Shown one piece after another: positions 17,032 to 25,878 of a DNA stretch of 64,000 nt; the first letter of the stretch is position 1; each line of letters opens with the position of its first letter. Below the pieces are notes generated by a model. That model had not been told where the DNA came from. It saw only the letters and a program-made list of their open reading frames with translations, and searched no databases. Origin of the DNA: an uncultured Collinsella sp. GTDB taxonomy: Bacteria; Actinomycetota; Coriobacteriia; Coriobacteriales; Coriobacteriaceae. A program made the position numbers and the translations under genes. The stretch spans positions 15,066-79,065 of the forward strand of contig UQWK01000001.1 of NCBI GenBank assembly GCA_900544725.1, in the 5' to 3' direction.

Positions 17032-17340
17032 TTGGCTACCCAGAAGATCCGCATTCGCCTCAAGGGCTATGATCACGAGGTCGTCGATCAGTCCGCGAAG
17101 CTCATCGTCGAGACCGCTCAGAAGACCGGCGCTCGCGTTTCCGGTCCTGTCCCCCTGCCCACCGAGCGCAACCTGTACACGGTTATCCGCTCGCCGCACG
17201 TGAACAAGGACTCCCGTGAGCAGTTCGAGATGCGCACCCACAAGCGCCTTATCGACATCCTCGACCCCACCTCGGGCACCGTTGATTCGCTCATGCGTCT
17301 CGACCTCCCCGCTGGCGTCGACATCGACATCAAGCTCTAA
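17032..17340 (+). CDS. rpsJ: 30S ribosomal protein S10
   Basis: TTG start, RBS ggagg; [15 protein letters not shown]... conserved S10. Confidence 0.93.
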   Translation: MATQKIRIRLKGYDHEVVDQSAKLIVETAQKTGARVSGPVPLPTERNLYTVIRSPHVNKDSREQFEMRTHKRLIDILDPTSGTVDSLMRLDLPAGVDIDIKL

Positions 17341-17361
17341 GCGATATCGCTCATAGCTTAA

Positions 17362-17402
17362 AGGGCCCCGCTGCCATTATGGTAGCGGGGCCCTTTTGTT
17401 TT
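17362..17402 (+). terminator. Rho-independent terminator immediately after rpsJ
   Basis: gggccccgctgcc-atta-tggtagcggggccc followed by ttttgtttt. Confidence 0.85.
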
Positions 17403-17456
17403 GAATGGTGGCCTTGGGGGCCCGGATAATGCGGCCGAATGGGTGGCTATGGCGTC

Positions 17457-18233
17457 TTATTTACCCATGGGGCGCAGGGATGCCTCCTCAAAATGGAAGG
17501 ATCGCAAGTCGTCTTCTGTCTCGATGCACGCGCGACCAAAGTCATCGACCGTTTGAAAGATGCCAAGCGCCAGCTCGTCCCCAGCGGGGGAACGGGCGAT
17601 AACGTGATCCCCAATCCAATTGAGATGACCGATATATTCACCGTGAACGGGCGCGAGCGGTCCGGCGTCTTCCTCCATGGCGTTGAGACGCTCTGCCCAC
17701 GTGTCTACAGCGTTCACGACCGCGTGATAGACCTGCTTGAGTAGCACATCGACGGCGGGAACATTCTCGTTGAGGTCCGAGAGACCGATTGCCGGCAGGC
17801 CGCCATCGGGAACCTCCGAAGGCACATAGTTCACATTGACGCCAATGCCGCAGACGGCGAAAGGTTTGCCTTCGTTATCGCGTGCGGCCTCGACCAGAAT
17901 GCCGCCGAGCTTGCGTCCTCGCGCGACCAGATCGTTGGGCCATTTGAGGCCAATCTCGTTTGCAAGACCCTTCTTTTCGAGCGCCTCGAGCACCGCTAGG
18001 CCGCTGACGGCGGCAAGACCAGAGTACTTGGCGGGATCAACACGTGGACGCAGGACAATCGAAAGCAATAGGTTGCCGGCGGTTGAATCCCACTTGTGGC
18101 CGCGCCGGCCGCGTCCTGCTGTCTGAGCCCGGGCGGCAAGTCCTGTGCCGTGCGGCGCTCCTTGTTTTCCTGCTTCGAGCAGGTCATCGTTGGTCGATCC
18201 GGTTACGTCGACTATCGTTAATTTGGCATCCAT
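17457..18233 (-). CDS. birA: Biotin--[acetyl-CoA-carboxylase] ligase
   Basis: MDAKLTIVDVTGSTNDDL...GRGRRGHKW biotin protein ligase motif; RBS aaggagg; long ORF trimmed to internal ATG. Confidence 0.85.
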   Translation of the reverse strand: MDAKLTIVDVTGSTNDDLLEAGKQGAPHGTGLAARAQTAGRGRRGHKWDSTAGNLLLSIVLRPRVDPAKYSGLAAVSGLAVLEALEKKGLANEIGLKWPNDLVARGRKLGGILVEAARDNEGKPFAVCGIGVNVNYVPSEVPDGGLPAIGLSDLNENVPAVDVLLKQVYHAVVNAVDTWAERLNAMEEDAGPLAPVHGEYIGHLNWIGDHVIARSPAGDELALGIFQTVDDFGRACIETEDDLRSFHFEEASLRPMGK

Positions 18234-18330
18234 AGCGGCTGCTACCTCCTTAATGAATAAGTGAATAACGCAATGGTGTCGTGAGGCAGACACAATGTGA
18301 AGCCTTTGTCGCATTTGGACAATTTAATGT

Positions 18331-18396
18331 TAACACGTCAACAATGACTGAAATGCGCTATCCTCTCTTGGTCGATGTAAACACGTCAACAACTCA
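18331..18396. promoter_or_regulatory. Two direct repeats taacacgtcaacaa / taaacacgtcaacaa, 47 bp apart, in the birA-fabH divergent region (candidate operator)
   Basis: Two 14/15 matching copies just upstream of the fabH RBS. Confidence 0.4.
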
Positions 18397-18409
18397 AAGG
18401 AGGTTAGTG

Positions 18410-19369
18410 ATGGGTTTCACGATACTGGGAACAGGCTCGGCACTTCCCGAGCGCAGTGTTTCCAATGACGAGCTGTCCGAGTTCCTCGATACCTCGGATG
18501 AGTGGATTTTTACCCGCACGGGGATCAAGAGCCGCCATGTGTGCACCACCGAGTCACTCGACGACCTTGCCATGGCAGCGAGCGAGCAGGCTCTCCAGGC
18601 GTCTGGAATCGACGCGAGCCAGCTGGATCTTATCGTCTGCTCGACGACGACGGGCGACCATCTCGTTCCCGCGGAAGCGTGCGCCGTTGCCGAACGCCTG
18701 GGCGCCACATGTCCTGCCTTCGACGTTTCGGCGGCCTGTGCTGGCTTCGTATTTGCGCTCGATGTCGCCGAGGGCTATATCGCCCGCGGTCGCGCCAAGC
18801 GCGTCCTTGTCGTCGCCGCCGAGCAGATGACGCGTGCGCTCGACTGGACCGACCGCGCGACGTGCGTGCTCTTTGGTGATGGCGCGGGCGCTGCGGTCAT
18901 AGAGGCCGGGGGAGAGAACCCCCTTGCCGTCGAGCTTTCGACCGCACCCGATGTCGAGACGCTGCGTGTTCCGGGACTGGCTGGGACCTCACCGTTCAAG
19001 GATTCCGCGGACCGTGAGAGTGTGCTTTCCATGAACGGTCGTCGCGTGTTCAAGTTTGGCGTCAATGCAATCTGCGACACGGTCAACAAGCTCGCGAGTG
19101 ACACGAGTATCGCGGTTGAGGATATCGACCATTTTGTATTCCATCAGGCCAACGAACGAATCTTGAGCCAGGCGGTCAAGCGCTTGGGTGTGTCGGACGA
19201 CCGCGTGGTCCGTACGCTGCGCGAGACCGGCAATATCTCGAGCGCTTGCATTCCGCTTGCCCTCGACCGGTTGGCAAACTCCGGCGCTCTTTATCCGGGC
19301 GACACGATCGCCTTAGTCGGATTTGGCGCCGGCTTGGATATAGGTGGCTACCTGCTTCGCTGGAAGTAG
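18410..19369 (+). CDS. fabH: 3-oxoacyl-[ACP] synthase III
   Basis: 320 aa; catalytic Cys context AACAGF, His/Asn motifs; RBS aaaggagg. Confidence 0.9.
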   Translation: MGFTILGTGSALPERSVSNDELSEFLDTSDEWIFTRTGIKSRHVCTTESLDDLAMAASEQALQASGIDASQLDLIVCSTTTGDHLVPAEACAVAERLGATCPAFDVSAACAGFVFALDVAEGYIARGRAKRVLVVAAEQMTRALDWTDRATCVLFGDGAGAAVIEAGGENPLAVELSTAPDVETLRVPGLAGTSPFKDSADRESVLSMNGRRVFKFGVNAICDTVNKLASDTSIAVEDIDHFVFHQANERILSQAVKRLGVSDDRVVRTLRETGNISSACIPLALDRLANSGALYPGDTIALVGFGAGLDIGGYLLRWK

Positions 19370-19421
19370 TTGCACATAGGAAATAAAAACGCCCCCAGGG
19401 CACAAACAAAGGAGAAACACC

Positions 19422-19658
19422 ATGGCAGATCAGAAGACCTTCGAGCGCGTTTGCGACGTTATCCGCGAGACCGCCGGCCTTGACGATGTCGAGATGAAGC
19501 CCGAGTCCACGCTCGAGGAGATTGGCCTCGACAGCTTGGGCACCGTCGAGATCCTCGTCGCCGTCGAGGACGAGTTTGGCATTCAGCTCGACACCGAGGA
19601 GAACCCCAAGACGGTCGGCGAGTTTGTCGATACGGTCGAGGCGGCATTGGAGAAGTAG
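19422..19658 (+). CDS. acpP: Acyl carrier protein
   Basis: 78 aa with phosphopantetheine attachment motif LGLDSLG. Confidence 0.92.
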   Translation: MADQKTFERVCDVIRETAGLDDVEMKPESTLEEIGLDSLGTVEILVAVEDEFGIQLDTEENPKTVGEFVDTVEAALEK

Positions 19659-19660
19659 TA

Positions 19661-20605
19661 ATGCTCAAGACTCCTCTCTGCGACCTGCTTGGCATCGAAA
19701 AGCCCGTGTTCCAGGGCGGCATGGCCTGGATTGCCGATGCCTCGCTGGCATCGGCCGTGTCCGAGGCGGGTGGCCTAGGCATCATCGCGGCTATGAATGC
19801 CGATGCCAACTGGCTGCGCGACCAGATCCACGAGCTGCGCGCCAAGACGGACAAGCCCTTTGGCGTCAACGTCATGCTCATGAGCCCGTTTGCCGACGAG
19901 GTGGCACAGGTCGTGATCGATGAGCAGGTGCCCGTTGTGGTGACCGGTGCCGGCAACCCCACCAAGTACATGAAGGCTTGGAACGATGCGGGCATCAAGG
20001 TTATCCCCGTCGTGGCTTCGGTGGCGCTGGCGCGTCTCGTGGCGCGTCGGGGAGCCACTGCCGTGGTTGCCGAGGGCACTGAATCGGGTGGCCATATTGG
20101 CGAGACCTCGACGATGGCGCTTGTTCCGCAGGTTGTCGATGCGGTGGATATCCCCGTTGTGGCGGCAGGCGGCATTGCCGATGGCCGTGGCGTGGCAGCC
20201 GCCTTTATGCTGGGCGCCGCCGGCGTCCAGGTGGGCACGCGCTTTTTGGTTGCAGACGAATGTACCGTATCCGAGCAGTACAAAGAGCTGGTGCTCAAGG
20301 CAAACGACACGTCGACGCGTGCGACCGGCCGCTCAACGGGACATCCGGTGCGTGCCCTTAAGAGCCCCTTCACCAACGCCTATGCCAAGAACGAGGCTGC
20401 AGGCGCAAGCCCCGAGGAGCTTGGCGCCATGGGTACGGGTGCGCTTCGTAAGGCCGCCAAGGATGGCAATTACGAAGAGGGCTCGTATTTGTGCGGCCAG
20501 ATTGCCGGCATGGTCAAAGAGCGCCAGAGCGCGCGCGAGATCGTCGACGACCTGGTCGAAGGTGCCGAGCGCGTCTTGAAGGGTGCGTCCGCATGGGTGG
20601 CGTAG
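19661..20605 (+). CDS. fabK: Enoyl-[ACP] reductase II (FMN-dependent, nitronate monooxygenase family)
   Basis: 314 aa NPD/FabK family; position fabH-acpP-fabK as in streptococcal FASII clusters. Confidence 0.8.
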   Translation: MLKTPLCDLLGIEKPVFQGGMAWIADASLASAVSEAGGLGIIAAMNADANWLRDQIHELRAKTDKPFGVNVMLMSPFADEVAQVVIDEQVPVVVTGAGNPTKYMKAWNDAGIKVIPVVASVALARLVARRGATAVVAEGTESGGHIGETSTMALVPQVVDAVDIPVVAAGGIADGRGVAAAFMLGAAGVQVGTRFLVADECTVSEQYKELVLKANDTSTRATGRSTGHPVRALKSPFTNAYAKNEAAGASPEELGAMGTGALRKAAKDGNYEEGSYLCGQIAGMVKERQSAREIVDDLVEGAERVLKGASAWVA

Positions 20606-21519
20606 CGTTTCTGTTTGCCGGCCAGGGTGCCCAGCATCCCGAGATGGGCGTCGACCTCATCGAAGCATCGCCGGCGGCCGCCGAGGTGTTCGCGATCGCC
20701 GACGAGGTGCGCCCGGGGACCAGTGAACAGTGCCGGAGCGCCTCTAAGGAGGAGCTGTCGCAGACCGAGAACACACAGCCTTGCGTGTTCGTGCACGACT
20801 TGGCCGTCGCCGCTGCCCTACGCGAGCGCGGCGTGGTGCCTGCCGCCTGTGCGGGCTTCTCGCTGGGCGAGGTCGCCGCACTCACCTTTGCGGGGGCATT
20901 CGATACGCGAGCGGGTTTTGAGCTCGTGTGCGAGCGCGCGGCGCTGATGTCCGCGGCTGCCGAGCGCCATCCGGGCGGTATGCGCGCCGTTATCAAGCTC
21001 GATGCGGCACAGGTTGAGAGCCTGGCCGCACAGGCCGGCGAGGACTGCTGGCCGGTCAACTTCAACAGCCCGCAACAGACGGTTGTAGCCGGAACGCCCG
21101 AGACACTCCAGGAGCTCGACGTCCTGGTAAAAGAGGCTGGCGGCCGTGCGATGAAGGTTGCGGTGTCGGGTGCGTTCCATAGCCCCTATATGGCAGAGGC
21201 GACTGAGGGGCTGGCGACGTATATCCAAGCCGGCCACGCGCCGTCTCCGCTGCTCATTCCGGTTGTGGCAAACATGACGGCGGCGCCCTATCCGGCGGAC
21301 CCCCAAGCGGCATCGGAGGTCCTGGCCAACCAGGCGAGCCATGCCGTGCGCTGGGTTGACACGCTGCACACTCTGCAGGATCAGGGCATCGATACGTTTA
21401 TTGAGGTCGGCCCCGGTAAAACGCTGTCCGGCCTGGTCAAGCGTACGTTGAGCGATGTTCGCGTGTATTCGTGCGAAACGGCCGAGCAGGTCGCAGCTAT
21501 TGCCGACGAGCTCGCATAG
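20593..21519 (+). CDS. fabD: Malonyl CoA-ACP transacylase
   Basis: AFLFAGQGAQ...GFSLGE active-site serine motif; overlaps fabK 3-prime end. Confidence 0.9.
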   Translation: MGGVAFLFAGQGAQHPEMGVDLIEASPAAAEVFAIADEVRPGTSEQCRSASKEELSQTENTQPCVFVHDLAVAAALRERGVVPAACAGFSLGEVAALTFAGAFDTRAGFELVCERAALMSAAAERHPGGMRAVIKLDAAQVESLAAQAGEDCWPVNFNSPQQTVVAGTPETLQELDVLVKEAGGRAMKVAVSGAFHSPYMAEATEGLATYIQAGHAPSPLLIPVVANMTAAPYPADPQAASEVLANQASHAVRWVDTLHTLQDQGIDTFIEVGPGKTLSGLVKRTLSDVRVYSCETAEQVAAIADELA

Positions 21520-21549
21520 CCCACAGGGCTGTAACCCGAAAGGAACGAC

Positions 21550-22323
21550 ATGGGCAACATGAACAACGGCGCGCTCGAGCGCAACGACACACGTCGGGTG
21601 GCGCTCGTTACGGGCGGCTCGCGCGGCATCGGTCGCGCTTGTGCCGTGGGCCTGGCGGAGGATGGCTACGATGTCGCCGTCATCTATGCCGGCAGCGCCG
21701 ATGCAGCGCGCGAGACGTGCGAAGCCTGCGAGGCGGCTGGCGCCACGGCGCGCGCATATCAATGCGACGTGGCCGACCCCGCTGCCGTCAACGCATGCGT
21801 GGAAGCGGTCCTGAGCGACTTCGGCTCGATCTGGGCGCTCGTCAACAACGCCGGCATCACCTGCGATGGCCTGCTTATGCGCATGGGCGACGATGCGTTC
21901 GATCGCGTACTCAATGTCAATCTCAAGGGCACGTTCAACACGACACGCGCGCTCACCAAGACTTTTATGCGCCAGCGCGGCGGTTGCGTCATCAACATGA
22001 GCTCGGTCGTGGGCCTGATGGGCAATGCCGGACAGGTCAATTACGCCGCCTCCAAGGCGGGCGTTATCGGCCTGACCAAGGCGGTGGCGCGCGAACTTGC
22101 GCCTCGCGGCGTGAGGGCTAACGCGGTCGCCCCCGGGTTTGTCGAGACCGATATGACGGCAACGCTTTCGGAGAAGGTACGCACGGCGTGTGAGGAGCAG
22201 ATTCCCCTCAAGCGCATGGCGCGTCCCGAGGAAGTGGCCGGCGTGGTGCGCTTTTTGGCAAGCGATGCGGCGGCCTACATTACGGGCGAGGTCGTGCGCG
22301 TCGATGGCGGAATGGCGATGTAG
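21550..22323 (+). CDS. fabG: 3-oxoacyl-[ACP] reductase
   Basis: SDR: TGGSRGIGRA, NAG, YAASKAG motifs. Confidence 0.9.
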   Translation: MGNMNNGALERNDTRRVALVTGGSRGIGRACAVGLAEDGYDVAVIYAGSADAARETCEACEAAGATARAYQCDVADPAAVNACVEAVLSDFGSIWALVNNAGITCDGLLMRMGDDAFDRVLNVNLKGTFNTTRALTKTFMRQRGGCVINMSSVVGLMGNAGQVNYAASKAGVIGLTKAVARELAPRGVRANAVAPGFVETDMTATLSEKVRTACEEQIPLKRMARPEEVAGVVRFLASDAAAYITGEVVRVDGGMAM

Positions 22324-22364
22324 AAATTAGAGCCGGCACATACATCGGCTTGGATGAGGAGACC

Positions 22365-23615
22365 ATGATGGAACAGAGAGTTGCAATCACCGGCATCGGC
22401 GCTGTATCGCCGCTCGGCAACACCGCGCTTGCCACCTGGGCGGCCATGTGCGCCGGTACGTGTGGCGTCGGCCAGATCACGCACTTCGATACCGACGCGT
22501 TTGCCGTCAAGGTAGCGGCCGAGGTCAAGGGCTTTGACGGTACCGAGTACTTTGGCAAGCGTGACGCCAAGCATCTCGACCCCTGCGTTCAGTTTGCGAT
22601 GGCGGCTTCGGACGAGGCCATGCACGACGCAGGACTCGATGCCGAAGGCGCGATCGACCACGAGCGCCTTGGCGTGTACGTGGGATCGGGCGTGGGCGGC
22701 ATGACGACGCTCGTCGACAACGTCCACACGATTGCCGATCGCGGACCCCGCCGCGCATCGCCTTACATGATCGCGATGATGATCCCCAACATGGCTTCGG
22801 GCAATATTGCGATCCGCCACAAGGCAAAGGGTCCGACCCTGCCCGTCGTGACTGCTTGCGCGACCTCGGCCCATGCGGTGGGTGAGGCGTTCCGTGCTAT
22901 CAAGCACGGTTATGCCGACGCGATCCTTGCGGGCGGTGCCGAGGCGGCTATCATCCCCGACGCCGTTGCGGGCTTTACGTCCTGCCGTGCGCTTACCACC
23001 AACCCCGATCCGCAGTCGGCGTGTCGTCCGTTCGATGCGAACCGCGACGGCTTTGTGATGGGCGAAGGCGCCTGCGTGCTCGTGCTCGAGGGTATGGAGC
23101 ACGCACAGGCCCGCGACGCGCACATTTACGCCGAGGTCGTGGGCTACGGCAACACCGATGATGCCTATCACATCACGAGCCCCGATCCCGAGGCTGCCGG
23201 CATTGCCCGCGCGATATCGCTGGCGGTGGCCGAGGGCGACGTCAAGCCTTCCGAGGGTCTCTACATCAACGCTCACGGCACCTCGACCAAGCTCAACGAT
23301 TCGTCCGAGACGGCGGGCATTAAGCGAGCGCTTGGCGAGGATGCGGCGCGCGCCGCGCACGTCTCGTCGACTAAGTCGATGACCGGGCACATGATCGGTG
23401 CCACGGGCGCCATCGAGGTCATGGCCTGTGCCATGGCACTCGAACAGGGCGTGGTGCCGCCGACCATTAACTACAGCACGCCCGATCCCGCCTGCGATCT
23501 TGACTACACGCCCAATCGCGCGGTTCGCGCCGACCTTACCTGGGCGCTTTCGACCAACCTGGGCTTTGGCGGCCACAACGCCGCCATCGCGCTGCGCAAA
23601 TATACAAGGAGCTAG
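22365..23615 (+). CDS. fabF: 3-oxoacyl-[ACP] synthase II
   Basis: KAS II family; ORF opens at TTG 22350, ATG 22365 preferred (RBS gaggag). Confidence 0.9.
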   Translation: MMEQRVAITGIGAVSPLGNTALATWAAMCAGTCGVGQITHFDTDAFAVKVAAEVKGFDGTEYFGKRDAKHLDPCVQFAMAASDEAMHDAGLDAEGAIDHERLGVYVGSGVGGMTTLVDNVHTIADRGPRRASPYMIAMMIPNMASGNIAIRHKAKGPTLPVVTACATSAHAVGEAFRAIKHGYADAILAGGAEAAIIPDAVAGFTSCRALTTNPDPQSACRPFDANRDGFVMGEGACVLVLEGMEHAQARDAHIYAEVVGYGNTDDAYHITSPDPEAAGIARAISLAVAEGDVKPSEGLYINAHGTSTKLNDSSETAGIKRALGEDAARAAHVSSTKSMTGHMIGATGAIEVMACAMALEQGVVPPTINYSTPDPACDLDYTPNRAVRADLTWALSTNLGFGGHNAAIALRKYTRS

Positions 23616-23618
23616 AGC

Positions 23619-24092
23619 ATGGATTCCAAAAGACTTGCCGAGATAGCCGATGTTATGGAGGACCGCGGCCTCACGCGCGTGCGCGTGGAGGAGCCCGATG
23701 GCACCGCGGTCGAACTTGAGCGCGCGAGTGCCGCGCAGCCGGTTGCCGTGCCCATGCCCATGCCGAGCGCTATGGCTGCTCCGGTTGCGGCGCCCGCAGC
23801 TGCGCCTGCCGCGCCGGAACCTGCCGCGCAAGCGCCCACTGCCGCACCGGAGCCCAAGGGCGTCGAGGTCACGGCTCCCATGGTGGGCGTCTTCTATGCC
23901 GCCCCGGCGCCGGGCGACGAGCCGTTCGTGCGCGTGGGCTCCAAGGTCAAGGCCGGCGAGACCCTCTGCATCATCGAGGCCATGAAGGTTCTCAACGAGG
24001 TAACGGCAGAGGCGGATGGCGAGGTGCTCGAGATTTGCGTGGCCGACGGCGACCTCGTGGAGTTTGGCAGCTGCCTCATGAGAATCGGATAG
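23619..24092 (+). CDS. accB: Biotin carboxyl carrier protein of acetyl-CoA carboxylase
   Basis: Ala/Pro-rich linker and biotinylation motif EAMKV. Confidence 0.9.
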   Translation: MDSKRLAEIADVMEDRGLTRVRVEEPDGTAVELERASAAQPVAVPMPMPSAMAAPVAAPAAAPAAPEPAAQAPTAAPEPKGVEVTAPMVGVFYAAPAPGDEPFVRVGSKVKAGETLCIIEAMKVLNEVTAEADGEVLEICVADGDLVEFGSCLMRIG

Positions 24093-24101
24093 GTGATATC
24101 C

Positions 24102-24524
24102 ATGAACAAAGAAGAGCTTAAAGAACTGTTGCCGCATCGCGAGCCGATGCTTTTGCTCGACGAGGCCGAGCTGGTGGGCGATGAGGCCCACGGCAAGATC
24201 ACGATTGCGGGCGATGAGTACTTTTTGCAGGGGCACTTTCCGGGAAACCCGGTCGTGCCCGGCGTGATCCAGTGCGAGATGCTCGCCCAAAACTGCTGCG
24301 TGCTGCTGATGGGCGATGAGGAAGCGCGTGGTGCGACGCCGTTCTACACGAGCCTGGACAAGGTGCGTTTTAAGCGTCCGGTGCGCCCGGGCGACACGGT
24401 GGACCTGGTGTGCTCGATCACCCGTGCGCGCGGGCCGTTCCGCTTTGCGACGGGTACTGCGAGCGTCAACGGTGAGGTTTGCTGCCGCGCCGATATGTCC
24501 TTTGCGCTCGTGCACGAAAGTTAA
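24102..24524 (+). CDS. fabZ: 3-hydroxyacyl-[ACP] dehydratase
   Basis: Hotdog fold; LLPHREPMLLLD and GHFPGNPVVPGV motifs. Confidence 0.9.
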   Translation: MNKEELKELLPHREPMLLLDEAELVGDEAHGKITIAGDEYFLQGHFPGNPVVPGVIQCEMLAQNCCVLLMGDEEARGATPFYTSLDKVRFKRPVRPGDTVDLVCSITRARGPFRFATGTASVNGEVCCRADMSFALVHES

Positions 24525-24534
24525 GGAAGGCTTC

Positions 24535-25878
24535 ATGTTCGACAAAGTGCTCATCGCCAATCGCGGCGAGGTCGCGGTCCGTGTTATCCGCGCGTGCCGC
24601 GATATGGGCATCAAGACCGTTGCCGTCTATTCCACGGCCGATGCGGACGCACTGCACGTGCAGCTTGCCGACGAGGCATACTGCATCGGCGGCCCACGTC
24701 TTGCCGAGAGCTACCTCAACGACGATGCCGTGCTCACCTGCGCCGTAAAGTCGGGAGCTAAGGCAATCCATCCCGGCTATGGCTTCTTTTCCGAAAAGGC
24801 GAGCTTTGTGCGCGATTGCGACAAGTATGGCCTGACGTTTGTCGGCCCCTCGGCCGAGGTGATCGACAGCATGGGCGACAAGGATGCGGCGCGCCGAACG
24901 GCTGCCGCCGCGGGCGTGCCCATCGTGCCGGGCTGCGATTTGCTCAAGAGCCCCGAGGAGGCGACGGCCGAGGCCGAGCGTATTGGCTGCCCCGTGCTCA
25001 TCAAGGCGCGCGCGGGCGGCGGCGGCCGCGGCATCCGCAAGGTCGAGCGCGTGGAAGATGCGGCAAAGGCTTTTATTGAAGCACGCGCCGAGGGCGAGGC
25101 CGTTTTTGGCGACGGCGAGTGCTACATGGAAAAGTTCGTCGCGCCGGCGCATCACGTTGAGGTGCAGATTATGGCCGATAAGCAGGGCCATGTGTTTTCG
25201 CTCGGCGAACGCGAGTGCTCGGTGCAGCGCCGCAACCAAAAGCTGATCGAGGAGAGTCCCGCGCCGTGCCTCGACGGACACGACGACATTCGCGCGCGCA
25301 TGCACAAGGCGGCGCGTGACCTGGCTCGTGCCGTCGGCTACGAAGGAGCCGGTACCATCGAGTTCCTGTATTCGGACGACGGCAATTTCTACTTTATGGA
25401 AATGAACACGCGCTTGCAGGTGGAGCATCCGGTTACGGAGTTTGTGACCGATACCGACTTGGTCAAGTGGCAGCTGCGCGTGGCAGCCGGCCAGCCTCTG
25501 CCCTTTGAGCAGGAGGACATGCCGGTCCGCAACCACGCCATGGAGTGCCGCATCAATGCCGAAACGCCGGACTTTCTGCCGTCATGCGGAACGGTCACCA
25601 CGTTGCGCGTGCCGGGTGGTCCGCGCGTGCGCTGGGATTCGGCCATGTTCACCGGTGCGACAGTTCCGCCGTACTACGACTCCATGCTCGGCAAGCTCAT
25701 CGTGTGTGCGCCCACGCGTGACGGCGCCATTCGCAAGATGCGCTCGGCCCTGGGCGAGCTCGTGATTGAGGGCGTGAGCGAAAACAGCGAGCTTCAGCTC
25801 GACGTGCTGGCAAACGACGAGTTCTTGTCGGGCATGTATCACACCGATCTGATGGGGCATCTCTATGCTGATGAATAG
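24535..25878 (+). CDS. accC: Acetyl-CoA carboxylase biotin carboxylase subunit
   Basis: MFDKVLIANRGEVAVRVIRA... ATP-grasp; 447 aa. Confidence 0.93.
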   Translation: MFDKVLIANRGEVAVRVIRACRDMGIKTVAVYSTADADALHVQLADEAYCIGGPRLAESYLNDDAVLTCAVKSGAKAIHPGYGFFSEKASFVRDCDKYGLTFVGPSAEVIDSMGDKDAARRTAAAAGVPIVPGCDLLKSPEEATAEAERIGCPVLIKARAGGGGRGIRKVERVEDAAKAFIEARAEGEAVFGDGECYMEKFVAPAHHVEVQIMADKQGHVFSLGERECSVQRRNQKLIEESPAPCLDGHDDIRARMHKAARDLARAVGYEGAGTIEFLYSDDGNFYFMEMNTRLQVEHPVTEFVTDTDLVKWQLRVAAGQPLPFEQEDMPVRNHAMECRINAETPDFLPSCGTVTTLRVPGGPRVRWDSAMFTGATVPPYYDSMLGKLIVCAPTRDGAIRKMRSALGELVIEGVSENSELQLDVLANDEFLSGMYHTDLMGHLYADE

